Source of the DNA: Anaeromyxobacteraceae bacterium
GTDB lineage: Bacteria > Myxococcota > Myxococcia > Myxococcales > Anaeromyxobacteraceae
DNA length: 64,000 nucleotides
Direction of reading: 5' to 3'
Assembly: GCA_032654565.1 (NCBI GenBank)
Contig: JAULAX010000007.1
Location: 162,051-226,050 of the forward strand
The stretch's first letter is position 1, and each line of letters starts with the position of its first letter. Shown piece after piece: positions 32,803-44,536 of this stretch. The position numbers were made by a program, and so were the translations under genes. Under the pieces are notes generated by a model. That model saw only the letters and a list, made by a program, of their open reading frames with translations, was not told where the DNA came from and made no database searches.

Positions 32803-33534
32803 CTAGGAGAAGAAGTGACGGCGGACGATGTTGAGGAAGTCGGAGGAGAAGTTCTGCATCTCGCCGTCGAGGACGCGGATTCGCGACACGAAGAAGTTGT
32901 AGGCCACCACCGCCGGGATGGCGGCGAAGAGGCCGACGGCGGTGGCGATGAGCGCCTCGGAGATGGGGCGGGCCACGGTGGCCAGGTTGGCGTTGCCCAT
33001 CCGGTAGATGTCGTGGAAGGCCCGCATGATCCCCCAGACGGTGCCGAAGAGGCCGACGAAGGGGGCGGCGCTGGCGGTGGTGCCGAGGAAGGAGACCCGC
33101 CGCTCCAGCGCCGTCACCTCGGTGGCGGCGGCCCGCTTCAGCGCCCGCTCCACGTTCTCGATGCCGCCCAGCTCGTCGCTCATCCCGCCGGCCTCGCCCT
33201 CCTTGCGCTGGGTGACCTTGGAGAGCTCCACGTAGCCGGCGCGGAAGACCGCGCCGATGGGCGAGGCGGGGAGCGCCTCGGCCGCCTGGTAGATGGCGTC
33301 GAGCCGCTTCGACTGCCAGAAGGCGGCCAGGAACTTGGCCGACTCCCGCTCGGCGCGCCGGATCTGGAGCGTCTTGTTGACGATGATGGCCCAGGAGACC
33401 GCCGAGGCCCCGGCCAGCAGGAGCAGGACGCCCTGCCCGACCAGGCCGGCGCTGGAGACGATCTGGAGGTAGTCGATGCCGTCGCCGGCGGCGGCGGCGA
33501 GCGGCGTGGTCACGGCGAGGCTGAGTGGCGTCAT
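32803..33534 (-). CDS. tolQ: TolQ/ExbB
   Basis: PFVGLFGTVWGIM, ISEALIATAVGL..AIPAV..YN; RBS GGAG before the ATG at 33534. Confidence 0.94.
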   Translation of the reverse strand: MTPLSLAVTTPLAAAAGDGIDYLQIVSSAGLVGQGVLLLLAGASAVSWAIIVNKTLQIRRAERESAKFLAAFWQSKRLDAIYQAAEALPASPIGAVFRAGYVELSKVTQRKEGEAGGMSDELGGIENVERALKRAAATEVTALERRVSFLGTTASAAPFVGLFGTVWGIMRAFHDIYRMGNANLATVARPISEALIATAVGLFAAIPAVVAYNFFVSRIRVLDGEMQNFSSDFLNIVRRHFFS

Positions 33535-33729
33535 GGCTCCGAAGGGCACGGGAAGGTTGCGGATTTCTAACATGAACCCGCGACCGGGCCGCATCTGCCG
33601 CATCCGGGAGGGGCGGGGCGCCGCCCGGCGGGCCGAGGCGTGCCGCCGGTTCACGCCCGTGCCGTCCAGCGAACGTCCACGGCACGCCGCCCCGGCGCGC
33701 AACCGCCCCGATTCCTTCGGTTTGGCCGA

Positions 33730-33745
33730 TGGCATGGCGGTTGCT
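33730..33745 (+). promoter_or_regulatory. sigma54 promoter for the 33799 lipoprotein
   Basis: TGGCATGGCGGTTGCT, near-consensus TGGCAC-N5-TTGCW. Confidence 0.75.
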
Positions 33746-33798
33746 GAATTTCAGACGGTCCGGCCACGTCTGGCCGGACAACCACGGAGCCCACGACC

Positions 33799-34566
33799 AT
33801 GCGCACGCTCGCTCTCCTCGCCATCACCTCCCTGCCGCTCCTCGGGGGCTGCGTCGCCACGGTCTGCGAACCGCCGACCGCCCGCTTCGCCTGGTCGCTC
33901 CAGGACACCAACGGGAGCGGCTGGAGCTGCGCCCAGGCCGGGGTCGCCATGGTCGACGTCTACATCGGGTACGGCGTGTCCCCGGTCACCTTCCGCTGCG
34001 CGGACTACGGGGGGACGATCGACGTGGGCGGCTTCGTCCCGGGCCGGTACCCGACCACCGTCGAGGGGGTCGACTCGGCGGGAACCATCATCAACCGGGC
34101 CCAGTTCGACGTCGTGGTGGGCGACTGCGGCGGCACGCTCCACGCCGCGGTGCTCAAGGAGGCGATGGTCCGGGTCGACTACCACTTCGCCACGCCGGGG
34201 ACCCCGGCCGACGCCTGCTCCGGCGCGGGTGGTTCCACCGACGTGATCTGGTTCTCGCTCTGGGACGAGGTGGCGAGCCAGCCCGCCTCCGTCATCAACG
34301 CCGGCAGCTCCAGCGCCTGGAAGGTCGCCTATCCCTGCGGGACGGCCATCGAGTTCCCGCTGCCCGTGGGAGCCTACAGGCTGCTCGGCGTCCAGGAGGT
34401 GTTCAACCCCCTCAGCGGCCCAACCTCGGTCAACGAGACCTGCGGCGGGGAGCCGGCCATCCCGGTGGACTTCACCTCGGCGGGCGCCGTCACCTCCCTC
34501 ACTCCGGCCTACCTGCTGCCGACCAACCCCGCGGCGCCCGCCTGCTTCGCGGGGGCCGCCCCGTAG
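33799..34566 (+). CDS. Cys-rich lipoprotein of unknown function
   Basis: RBS GGAG, lipobox LGGC, 8 further Cys. Confidence 0.8.
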   Translation: MRTLALLAITSLPLLGGCVATVCEPPTARFAWSLQDTNGSGWSCAQAGVAMVDVYIGYGVSPVTFRCADYGGTIDVGGFVPGRYPTTVEGVDSAGTIINRAQFDVVVGDCGGTLHAAVLKEAMVRVDYHFATPGTPADACSGAGGSTDVIWFSLWDEVASQPASVINAGSSSAWKVAYPCGTAIEFPLPVGAYRLLGVQEVFNPLSGPTSVNETCGGEPAIPVDFTSAGAVTSLTPAYLLPTNPAAPACFAGAAP

Positions 34567-34613
34567 CGGCGGCTCGCGGCGCGGACCCGGCTTCGGGTAG
34601 AGTCCGCGGCCGC

Positions 34614-35393
34614 ATGGCACGCATCGGCATCTTCGACTCCGGGGTCGGCGGGCTCACCGTGCAGCGGGCGCTGCTCGAGGCCCTGCCCGGCGCCGACACC
34701 ATCTACCTCGGCGACACCGCCCGGGTGCCCTACGGCACCAAGTCGGCCGCCACCGTGACCCAGTACTCGCTGCGCAACGCCCGGGTGCTGTTCGACCGGG
34801 GCATCGACCTGCTGGTGGTGGCCTGCAACACCGCCTCGGCGGTGGCCCTGCCGGCGCTGCGCGCGGCGCTGCCGGTGCCGGTGCTGGGGGTGGTGGAGCC
34901 GGGGGCTCGGGCCGCGGCGAGGACCACCCGGAGCGGCCGCATCGGCGTCATCGGCACCAGCGGGACCATCGGCTCGGGCGCCTACCAGGCGGCGCTGCGG
35001 TCGCTGACGCCCGCCGCCGTGGTGGTGGCCCGGGCCTGCCCGCTCTTCGTGCCGCTGGCCGAGGAGGGGTGGACCGACCCGGCCGACGAGCTGGTGCGCG
35101 GCGTGGTGCGGCGCTACCTGGCGCCGCTGCTGGCCGAGCAGATCGACACCCTGGTGCTGGGCTGCACCCACTACCCGCTGCTCGCGGAGGCCATCGCCGC
35201 CGAGCTGCCCGGGGTGACGCTGGTCGACTCGGCCGGGACCGTGGCCGCCGAGGTGAAGGCGCTGCTGCCGGCCACCCCGGGGCGGACCGGCACCCACCAG
35301 TTCCTGGTCACCGACGCGCCGGAGCGGTTCCTGGCGGTGGCCGGCCGCTTCCTGGGGCGGCCCGTCGAGGCCGCCGAGCACGTCGACGTCTGA
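34614..35393 (+). CDS. murI: Glutamate racemase
   Basis: IGIFDSGVGG, PYGTKS, VACNTAS, LGCTHYP. Confidence 0.96.
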   Translation: MARIGIFDSGVGGLTVQRALLEALPGADTIYLGDTARVPYGTKSAATVTQYSLRNARVLFDRGIDLLVVACNTASAVALPALRAALPVPVLGVVEPGARAAARTTRSGRIGVIGTSGTIGSGAYQAALRSLTPAAVVVARACPLFVPLAEEGWTDPADELVRGVVRRYLAPLLAEQIDTLVLGCTHYPLLAEAIAAELPGVTLVDSAGTVAAEVKALLPATPGRTGTHQFLVTDAPERFLAVAGRFLGRPVEAAEHVDV

Positions 35394-35456
35394 GGCGGTG
35401 GGGGGCCCCGTCACCGTCTGGCGCGACCCCGGTGGCGCTGCTAGAGTCCGGGGTCA

Positions 35457-36029
35457 ATGGCCGCTGACGTGAAGAGGATGGTTGTGGGCTTCAACCACAA
35501 CATCAAGCACAAGGGGAAGATGTACCACATCCAGACCGAGGACTCGGGCCTGGAGAACCCCCACTTGATCACGCACCTCTTCGTGGGCGGCAACATCCTC
35601 GCCTCCAAGAAGACCTCCTACGCCGACCTGGTCGGGGCCGACAACCTGGCCACGGTGGTGCGTGAGCTGATGGAGGAGCAGCACAAGGAGATGCTCCGCA
35701 ACCTCATCAACGGCGTCTACGACGACGTCGGCGACGCCAACGCGGCGCAGGCCGCCTCCTTCCAGCCGGGCGAGATCAAGGCCGACGGCCGGACCGTGCA
35801 GCTGGCCCCCTCGATGCGGGTGGAGACGCGCGGTGGCTTGAAGGCGGTGCCGCCGCCGCCGGCCGCCAGGCCGCTGCCGCCCGAGGTGCTGGCGGCCCGG
35901 CAGGAGCCGGCCCCGGTGCTGCGCAACGACGGCGCCGAGACGCTCTTCGGGGAGGACCTGATCTCCGAGAAGAGCCTCGACGAGGTGATCCTCTCCTACC
36001 TGGCCGAGGATCTGGGCGACCGCAGGTAG
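35457..36029 (+). CDS. Hypothetical protein
   Basis: Good coding pattern; GFNHNIKHKGKMYHIQTEDSG N-domain and acidic C-terminal EKSLDEVILSYL; start could be 35478. Confidence 0.8.
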   Translation: MAADVKRMVVGFNHNIKHKGKMYHIQTEDSGLENPHLITHLFVGGNILASKKTSYADLVGADNLATVVRELMEEQHKEMLRNLINGVYDDVGDANAAQAASFQPGEIKADGRTVQLAPSMRVETRGGLKAVPPPPAARPLPPEVLAARQEPAPVLRNDGAETLFGEDLISEKSLDEVILSYLAEDLGDRR

Positions 36030-36044
36030 GCCGGCGCGCCGCCC

Positions 36045-36731
36045 ATGATCCAGCTCTTCCACGTCACCAAGGAGTACCCGGGCGAGCCGCCCGCGCTCTC
36101 CGACGTGACGCTGCAGGTGGACAAGGGCGAGTTCGTCTTCCTCACCGGCCCGTCCGGCGCCGGCAAGTCGACGCTGCTCCGGCTCATCTTCTGCGCCGAG
36201 CCGCCCACCACCGGCCAGCTGCTCCTCTTCGGCCGCAACGTGGCCCGGGTCTCGCCCGGCGAGATTCCCTGGGTGCGCCGCCACATCGGCGTGGTCTTCC
36301 AGGACTTCAAGCTGCTGGCCGAGCGGACCATCGCCGAGAACGTGGCGCTGCCGCTGGAGGTCCGGTCGCTCCCCCGCCGCGAGATCCGGCGCAAGGTGCA
36401 GGGGCTGCTCCGCTCGGTGGGGCTGGAGCACCGCGCCGACAAGTTCCCCCCGTCGCTCTCCGGCGGGGAGCAGCAGCGGGTGGCGGTGGCGCGGGCGCTG
36501 GCCGCCGACCCGGCGCTCCTGCTGGCCGACGAGCCCACCGGCAACCTCGACGCCGATCGGACCCTGGAGGTGATGGAGCTGCTGGCGGCCGCCAACGCCC
36601 GCGGCACCACGGTGGTCATCGCCACCCACGATCGCTCGCTGCTGCAGCGCTACACCCGGCGGGTGGTGGCGCTGGAGCGGGGTCGCCTGGTCTCCGACGG
36701 CGACTCCATCCGCCAGGCGGCGGGAGGCTGA
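36045..36731 (+). CDS. ftsE: Cell division ATP-binding protein FtsE
   Basis: GPSGAGKS, VFQDFKLL, LSGGEQQR, ADEPTGNLD. Confidence 0.95.
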   Translation: MIQLFHVTKEYPGEPPALSDVTLQVDKGEFVFLTGPSGAGKSTLLRLIFCAEPPTTGQLLLFGRNVARVSPGEIPWVRRHIGVVFQDFKLLAERTIAENVALPLEVRSLPRREIRRKVQGLLRSVGLEHRADKFPPSLSGGEQQRVAVARALAADPALLLADEPTGNLDADRTLEVMELLAAANARGTTVVIATHDRSLLQRYTRRVVALERGRLVSDGDSIRQAAGG

Positions 36732-36737
36732 GCGCCC

Positions 36738-37622
36738 ATGCTGCGACGCCCCGCCGAGGCCCTGCGCCGCGCCCTCACCGCCATGGCGCGCAGCCCGTAC
36801 GTCACGCTCACCGGCACCGGCACCATCCTGGTGGCGGTGCTCTCCATGGGGCTGGTGGCGGCGGCGCTGGGGACGGCGGAGCGGCTGCTCCAGGCCTGGG
36901 CCGGCGAGGTGCGCCTCTCCGTCTACCTGGCCCGCGGGGCCGACCTGGCCGGGGCGGCGTCGGCGGTGCGGGCCCTGGCGCCCGGCCGCGCCGTGGAGGC
37001 GGTGCCGGCCGCCGAGGCGCTGCGCCGGCTGGCCGAGGGGCTGGGCGAGGAGGCCGGGCTGCTCGATGGGGTGGGGGCCGAGGCCCTCCCCGACTGCGTC
37101 GAGGTGGCGGTCCCCGGGATCTCCCTCGAGGAGGCGCGGGCGCTGGCGCTGCGGCTGCGCCAGGTGCCCGGCGTGGCCGAGGTCGACTACGGCAACGCCT
37201 GGCTGGAGCGGCTCGAGGCCTTCCTGCGCCGGGCCCGGGTGGCCGGGGTGGCGCTGCTGCTGCTGCTCGGCCTGGCCACCGCGGTGCTGGTCTCCAACAC
37301 CCTGCGGCTGGCGGTCTACGCCCGGCGGGAGGAGATCGAGATCATGAAGCTGGTGGGGGCCACCGACGCCTTCGTGGGGGCCCCCTTCCTGCTGGAGGGG
37401 CTGCTCCAGGGGCTGCTGGCCGGCGGGGTGGCGGCGGCGGCGCTGCTCGGGATCTCGGCGGCGCTGGGGCCCCGCCTGGCCGCCGCGCTCGGGCCGCTGG
37501 CGGTGCAGCCGCTCGGCGCGGCGCTCCCCTGGCCGCTGCTGGCCGGCGTGGTCGGCGGCGCCGCCGCCATCGGCCTGCTGGCCAGCGGGCTGGCCATCCT
37601 GCGGTTCCTCCGCCGCGCCTAG
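36738..37622 (+). CDS. ftsX: Cell division permease FtsX
   Basis: NTLRL...RREEIEIMKLVGAT...PFLLEG. Confidence 0.93.
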   Translation: MLRRPAEALRRALTAMARSPYVTLTGTGTILVAVLSMGLVAAALGTAERLLQAWAGEVRLSVYLARGADLAGAASAVRALAPGRAVEAVPAAEALRRLAEGLGEEAGLLDGVGAEALPDCVEVAVPGISLEEARALALRLRQVPGVAEVDYGNAWLERLEAFLRRARVAGVALLLLLGLATAVLVSNTLRLAVYARREEIEIMKLVGATDAFVGAPFLLEGLLQGLLAGGVAAAALLGISAALGPRLAAALGPLAVQPLGAALPWPLLAGVVGGAAAIGLLASGLAILRFLRRA

Positions 37623-37637
37623 CGCCGGGTCACCCCC

Positions 37638-38744
37638 ATGCTCGCGCTCGCCGCCCTCACCGCGCTGGTCCTGGCCATCGACCCGAGGTCGCAGCTGACG
37701 GCGCTGGAGCGGCGGCGCGAGGCCGAGGCGGCGGCGGCGCGGCTGCTCGCCGACCAGGAGCGCTCGGTGTTCGACGAGCTGCAGCGGGCCGAGGAGGCGG
37801 TGGGCCGGGCCCAGCAGGAGCTGGTGCAGGTGGAGCGGGCGCGCGGCGCCGCCGAGCGGGCGCTGGCCGAGGCCAGCCAGGCCGAGGCCGGGGCGGCGGC
37901 CCGCCTGCGGGCCCGGCTCGACGAGCTGCGCCCCCGGCTGGCGGCCCGGGCGCGCCTGGGGCGGGCGGGTGAGCTGGCGGTGCTGCTCTCGGCGCCGTCG
38001 CTCCCCGAGCTGGTGAAGCGCCACGCCCTCTTCGACCGCATCCTGCGCCGCGACGGGGCGCTGGTGGCCGGGGCCCGCGAGGCCTGGGGCGCCCGGGAGC
38101 GGGCCCGGGCCGGGCGCGAGGCGGAGTCGGCCCGGCTGGCCGCGGCGGCGGCGTCGCTCGCCGAGCTGGGGGAGCAGGCCCAGGCCCGGCGCGAGGAGCG
38201 GGAGTCGCTGCTGGCGGCGCTGCGCACGGCGCGCGGGTTCCACGAGCGGGCCGCCGCCGAGGCCGCCACCCAGGCCCGGGCGCTGGCGGCCTTCGTCTCC
38301 ACGCTCCCGGCGCGCGGCGAGGTCAAGACCAGCGGCGCCGGCTTCGCCGCCCGCAAGGGGAAGCTGCGGCTCCCCGCCGACGGCACCGTCACCGTCGGCT
38401 TCGGCAAGGTGGTCAACCCCAGGTTCAACACCGTCACCGTGCAGCACGGCCTCGACGTCGAGGCCCCGGCCGGCGCGCCGGTGGTGGCGGTGGCGCCGGG
38501 GCGGGTGGTCCACGCCGGCTGGTTCAAGGGCTACGGCAACCTGCTCATCGTCGACCACGGCGGCGGCTTCCACACCCTGGTGGCCCACCTGGCCTCGATG
38601 CGGACCGCCATGGGGGAGGAGGTGGCCGACGGCGACGTGCTCGGCACCGTGGGCGACTCCGGCTCGCTCAAGGGGCCCTACCTCTACTTCGAGCTGCGCG
38701 AGAAGGGGCGCCCGGTCGACCCCCGCCCCTGGCTGGCCAATTGA
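37638..38744 (+). CDS. envC: EnvC-like coiled-coil/M23 murein hydrolase activator
   Basis: Long coiled coil plus LytM domain (HGLD, GYGNLLIVDHG, LYFELR); after ftsEX. Confidence 0.85.
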   Translation: MLALAALTALVLAIDPRSQLTALERRREAEAAAARLLADQERSVFDELQRAEEAVGRAQQELVQVERARGAAERALAEASQAEAGAAARLRARLDELRPRLAARARLGRAGELAVLLSAPSLPELVKRHALFDRILRRDGALVAGAREAWGARERARAGREAESARLAAAAASLAELGEQAQARREERESLLAALRTARGFHERAAAEAATQARALAAFVSTLPARGEVKTSGAGFAARKGKLRLPADGTVTVGFGKVVNPRFNTVTVQHGLDVEAPAGAPVVAVAPGRVVHAGWFKGYGNLLIVDHGGGFHTLVAHLASMRTAMGEEVADGDVLGTVGDSGSLKGPYLYFELREKGRPVDPRPWLAN

Positions 38745-38802
38745 TGGCGCCCCTGGACCGGTGCCCCTGACCCCGGGGGCGGTTGTGCTCTAGACTGCCG
38801 CC

Positions 38803-40113
38803 ATGCGAACGAAGCTCGTCCGGGGCCTTCTCGCCGCGCTCCCCATCGGCGCCGCCTTCCTCGCGGGGCTCTCCTTCGACCACGTGGCGCTGGCGGCGAA
38901 GAAGCCGGAGCGCTACCGGCCGCTCGACACCTTCGCCGCCGTGCTCGGCCACGTCGAGAACAGCTACGTCGAGGAGGTGAACCAGCGCGAGCTGGTCTAC
39001 GGCGCCATCGAGGGGATGATGGGCCGGCTCGATCCGCACTCGGTCTTCATGCGCCCCGAGCTCTTCAAGGCGCTGCGCGACGAGACCAGCGGCGAGTTCG
39101 ACGGGCTGGGGCTGGAGCTGACCATCCGCGACGACCAGCTGGTGGTGATCTCGCCCATGGCCGACTCGCCCGGCGAGCGGGCCGGCATCCTCCCCGGCGA
39201 CCGGCTCCTCTCCATCGACGGCACCCCGACCCGGGAGCTGGGCCTGGTCGACGCCGGCCGCCGGCTCAAGGGGCCGCCCGGCACCAAGGTGGCGCTGGAG
39301 GTGATGCGCGACGGCTTCACCGCGCCGCAGAAGCTGACCCTGCTGCGCGAGCGCGTCCGCATGCAGAGCGTCGACTGGCGGGTGCTCGACGGCCCGCGCC
39401 GCTACGCCTACGTCCGGGTCAAGGCCTTCCAGGACCGGACCGACCGGGCCCTGCGCCGGGCGCTCGACGAGGCCCGCACCGCGCTCAAGGGGGACCTGCG
39501 CGGCCTGGTGCTGGACCTGCGCAACGACCCGGGCGGCCTGCTCGACCAGGCGGTGCGGGTGGCCGACACCTTCCTCTCCAGCGGGATCATCGTCACCACC
39601 GAGGGGCGCAACCGGCGCACCGTCGAGGTGGAGAAGGCCCACGAGAAGGAGACCGAGCCCAACTACCCGCTCATCGTGCTGGTCAACAAGGGCACCGCCA
39701 GCGCCAGCGAGATCGTGGCCGGGGCGCTGCAGGACCACCGGCGGGCGGTGATCATGGGGACGCAGACCTTCGGCAAGGGCTCGGTCCAGTCGATCATCGA
39801 CCTGGAGGACGGGGCCGGGCTGAAGCTCACCGTGGCCCGGTACTACACGCCGCGCCACCGCTCCATCCAGGAGCTGGGGATCACGCCCGACGTGGTGGTG
39901 GCCGACGCCTCGCCGCCGTCGCGGGAGGAGGGGCTGGCCGAGAAGGACCTGAAGCGCCACCTGCGCCCGGAGCTGGGGGAGCGCCCCCGGGCGCCGGCGC
40001 AGGGGGCGGGCGACGACTACCAGCTGCGGACCGCGCTCGACTACCTGAAGGCGGTCGACCTCTTCAAGGGCGGCGAACCGGCTCCGGCCGGCGGCGCGGC
40101 CCCGGGGAAGTAG
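38803..40113 (+). CDS. ctpA: S41 carboxyl-terminal processing protease
   Basis: LDPHS, PDZ, DLRNDPGG, TASASEIVAGALQD, TFGKGSVQ. Confidence 0.95.
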   Translation: MRTKLVRGLLAALPIGAAFLAGLSFDHVALAAKKPERYRPLDTFAAVLGHVENSYVEEVNQRELVYGAIEGMMGRLDPHSVFMRPELFKALRDETSGEFDGLGLELTIRDDQLVVISPMADSPGERAGILPGDRLLSIDGTPTRELGLVDAGRRLKGPPGTKVALEVMRDGFTAPQKLTLLRERVRMQSVDWRVLDGPRRYAYVRVKAFQDRTDRALRRALDEARTALKGDLRGLVLDLRNDPGGLLDQAVRVADTFLSSGIIVTTEGRNRRTVEVEKAHEKETEPNYPLIVLVNKGTASASEIVAGALQDHRRAVIMGTQTFGKGSVQSIIDLEDGAGLKLTVARYYTPRHRSIQELGITPDVVVADASPPSREEGLAEKDLKRHLRPELGERPRAPAQGAGDDYQLRTALDYLKAVDLFKGGEPAPAGGAAPGK

Positions 40114-40231
40114 CCGGACGACCTCGCCGGAGGCAGCGGGTGCCCGCCTTCCGGGCAGGCGGGCGGGGGCCGATCCGGGCCTTTGGTCGAGACGGAGAGG
40201 AAAACCACAGTAAAATCGAGTATTTGGTGGT

Positions 40232-40259
40232 TTGACTTTTCAGTCTGGATGAGTAGAGT
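40232..40259 (+). promoter_or_regulatory. sigma70-type promoter of the GT2 gene
   Basis: TTGACT-N16-TAGAGT in an AT-rich patch. Confidence 0.6.
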
Positions 40260-40362
40260 ACGCCCGGCCTTGGTCTTGCTTTTGAAGGGCCGGCACCACA
40301 CCACACTGAATCGGGAATGAGCGTGACGGCCGCGGGGGCGCGCCGTCTCGAACGGGTCATAC

Positions 40363-41871
<1,509 letters not shown>

Positions 41872-41890
41872 GGCGGGGCTCCAGGCGCGC

Positions 41891-41913
41891 CGCGGCGGCG
41901 GCGTGCCGCCGCG
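41891..41913. terminator. Hairpin between the convergent GT2 and GNAT genes
   Basis: CGCGGCGGC-GGCGT-GCCGCCGCG perfect 9-bp stem; no U-tract. Confidence 0.4.
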
Positions 41914-41915
41914 CC

Positions 41916-42431
41916 TCAGCCGCCCAGCGGCTTCTCGTACACGGTGACGCCGCCCTCGAGGCGGCCCACCGTGGCGAAGCCGAGCCGCTCCCAGAACCCC
42001 TCGACCTCGCGGTTCTCGTCGGTCACCGAGAGGCGCAGCGCCGCGCAGCCCGTGGCCGCCAGCCCCGCCTCCAGCGCCGCCATCGCCTCCCGCCCCAGCC
42101 CCTGGCCCTGCAGCGCCTCGCGCACCAGCAGCAGGCCGAGGTGGGCGGTGCCGGGCTCGGGCTGGTCGAGCCACAGGTCGACCAGCGCCGCCGGCGCGCC
42201 GCCCCGCCGGAGCGAGAAGAGGTAGAGCCGCCGCAGCGGATCGGCCTCGGCCTCGTCGAGCAGGCGCTCGGCGGCGTCCCCGCCCGGCAGCGCCCCGTCG
42301 GTCCGCAGGAAGTAGTCGGAGCACCCGTCGAGGCAGGTCCGCAGGGCGCCGGTCGAGGCCCGGGTGGCCTCGATGACCGAGAGCCGGTCGGTGGCGGCCA
42401 GCGTGGGCGCGATCCGGGTGAAGGCGTCCAC
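41916..42431 (-). CDS. GNAT acetyltransferase
   Basis: QGQGLG acetyl-CoA motif, N...FWERLGF. Confidence 0.88.
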   Translation of the reverse strand: MDAFTRIAPTLAATDRLSVIEATRASTGALRTCLDGCSDYFLRTDGALPGGDAAERLLDEAEADPLRRLYLFSLRRGGAPAALVDLWLDQPEPGTAHLGLLLVREALQGQGLGREAMAALEAGLAATGCAALRLSVTDENREVEGFWERLGFATVGRLEGGVTVYEKPLGG

Positions 42432-42434
42432 CGG

Positions 42435-43145
42435 TCAGCGCTCCCCGGCCAGCCCCAGCAGCCGGCGCGCCGCCGGGTGCTCGAGCGACTCGGCCACGGC
42501 GTCGGGGCGGCAGGCCTCGAGCGCGGCGGCGTCGAAGTTGCCGGTCGCGACGCAGAGCACCGCGCAGCCCACCTCGCGCGCCGCCGAGACGTCGCGCGGG
42601 GTGTCGCCGATGACCAGCACCTCGGCCGGAGGGACGGCTCGCCGCAGCGCCGCCGAGACCCGCGCCACCGCCGCCGCCACCAGCAGCGCGCGGGCCTCGC
42701 CGTCCTCGGCGAAGCCGTGGACGCTGGCCGGCGACCAGTCGAAGTAGCCGTCCAGCCCGGCGTGGCGCAGCTTGAGCCGGGCCCCCTCGGCCAGGTTGCC
42801 GGTGCACAGCCCCAGGGTGGCGCGGCGGGCCTGCAGCAGGCCGAGGGTGGAGGCCGCGCCGGGGAGGACCCGGAAGGCGGGCGAGTCGAGGTGGCCCGGG
42901 AGGTGCGCCAGGTAGCGGGCCAGGATGGCGTCGGCCAGGGCCTCGTCGTAGTCCCTCCCGGACAGGGCCAGGGCCTCGCGCACGATCATCCGGTCGGTCA
43001 TGCCGTCGAACTTCATGGCGGCGACCGGCCCGGTCACCGGCCCGGTGAGCTCCTCCATGGCCCTGGAGAAGGCCCGCCGCCCCGCCCCGCCGGCCCGCAG
43101 CAGGGTGCCGTCGATGTCGAAGAGGAAGGCGGCGTAGCCGGTCAT
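42435..43145 (-). CDS. HAD-superfamily hydrolase (phosphoglycolate phosphatase-like)
   Basis: FDIDGTL, CTGN, IGDTPRD. Confidence 0.9.
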   Translation of the reverse strand: MTGYAAFLFDIDGTLLRAGGAGRRAFSRAMEELTGPVTGPVAAMKFDGMTDRMIVREALALSGRDYDEALADAILARYLAHLPGHLDSPAFRVLPGAASTLGLLQARRATLGLCTGNLAEGARLKLRHAGLDGYFDWSPASVHGFAEDGEARALLVAAAVARVSAALRRAVPPAEVLVIGDTPRDVSAAREVGCAVLCVATGNFDAAALEACRPDAVAESLEHPAARRLLGLAGER

Positions 43146-44536
43146 TCGAAGAGCGCCTCGACGAACTCGTCCGGGGAGAAGGCCCGCAGGTCGGGGACCG
43201 CCTCGCCCACGCCCACCCAGCGCACCGGCAGCTTCAGCTCGGCGCAGATGCCGATGATGACCCCGCCCTTGGCGGTGCCGTCGAGCTTGGTGAGCGCCAG
43301 GCCGGTCACCTGCAGCGCCTCGTGGAACTGGCGGGCCTGCTGGATGGCGTTCTGGCCGTTGGTGGCGTCGAGCACCAGCAGCACCTCGTGCGGCGCGCCC
43401 GGCGCCGCCTTGGCCAGCACCCGCTTCACCTTCTTCAGCTCCTCCATGAGCGGGGCCTTGGTGTGGAGCCGCCCGGCGGTGTCGCAGATCACCACGTCGG
43501 CCCCCGAGGCCACGCCCTGCTGCACCGCCTCGAAGCAGACGCTGGCGGGATCGGCGCCGTCCTTGCCGCGGACCACCGGCGCGCCCACCCGGCCGGCCCA
43601 GATCTCCAGCTGCTCGCCGGCGGCGGCGCGGAAGGTGTCGCCGGCCCCCAGCACCACCGAGTGGCCGGCGGCCTTGAGCTGGGCGGCCAGCTTGCCGACG
43701 GTGGTGGTCTTGCCGGAGCCGTTGACGCCGACCACCATCACGACCCAGGGTCGCTGCGCCCCGGGGGCGAAGGGGGGGAGGGCCGCGGCCGCCCCGTCGA
43801 GCGAGAGCAGGCGGGTGATCTCGACGCGCAGGGCCTGCTTGAGCTGGGCGGGGTCGGAGAAGGCCCTGGCCCGGACCTTGGCCCGCACCGCCTCGAGCAG
43901 GGCGGTGGCGGTGGCGACGCCGATGTCGGCGGTGAAGAGCAGCTCCTCGAGGTCGGCCAGCACCGCGTCGTCGACGGCGCGGGCCCCGCCGAGCAGGCCG
44001 TTGAGCCGGGCCATGAAGCCGCCGCGGGTCTTCTCCAGGCCGGCCGAGAGGGTCTTGCCGGCCTCGGCCCGGGCCTTCAGCCGCTGCGCCTCCTGCGCGG
44101 CCAGGCGGGCCGCCTCGGCCTCGGCCGCGGCGCGGGCCGCCTCCTCGCGGGCCAGCCGCTCGGCCGCCTCGCGCTCCTGCCGCCGGCGCTCCTTGTCGAG
44201 CCGCTCCTGCTCCTTCTTCTGGCGGTAGGCCTCCTTGCGGGCCTCCTCGTCGAGCGGCGTCGCTGCCTCGGCGGCGGGGCGCGGCGGGGCGGGGGAGGGC
44301 GCGCCCTTCCCGGCGGCCGCCGGCTTCCGCGGGTCCGGCGTCGCTGCGGTGGCGCCGGGGCCGGCGCCGGTGGCGGCCGGGGTCGCGGCGCCCTTCGGCC
44401 CCGCGTCGACCGGGCCGGGAGCGTCCTTCCGGTTTCGGCGCAGCACCGCCACCAGGACCCCCACCAGCAGGAGGAGGCCGGCGGCGATGACGGCGACGCC
44501 GGTGGCGTCGTTCGCGGCGAGGGCAAACGGGATCAC
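43142..44536 (-). CDS. ftsY: SRP receptor FtsY with N-terminal TM anchor
   Basis: [35 protein letters not shown]; start refined to the GTG at 44536 (RBS GGAG). Confidence 0.95.
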   Translation of the reverse strand: MIPFALAANDATGVAVIAAGLLLLVGVLVAVLRRNRKDAPGPVDAGPKGAATPAATGAGPGATAATPDPRKPAAAGKGAPSPAPPRPAAEAATPLDEEARKEAYRQKKEQERLDKERRRQEREAAERLAREEAARAAAEAEAARLAAQEAQRLKARAEAGKTLSAGLEKTRGGFMARLNGLLGGARAVDDAVLADLEELLFTADIGVATATALLEAVRAKVRARAFSDPAQLKQALRVEITRLLSLDGAAAALPPFAPGAQRPWVVMVVGVNGSGKTTTVGKLAAQLKAAGHSVVLGAGDTFRAAAGEQLEIWAGRVGAPVVRGKDGADPASVCFEAVQQGVASGADVVICDTAGRLHTKAPLMEELKKVKRVLAKAAPGAPHEVLLVLDATNGQNAIQQARQFHEALQVTGLALTKLDGTAKGGVIIGICAELKLPVRWVGVGEAVPDLRAFSPDEFVEALFE

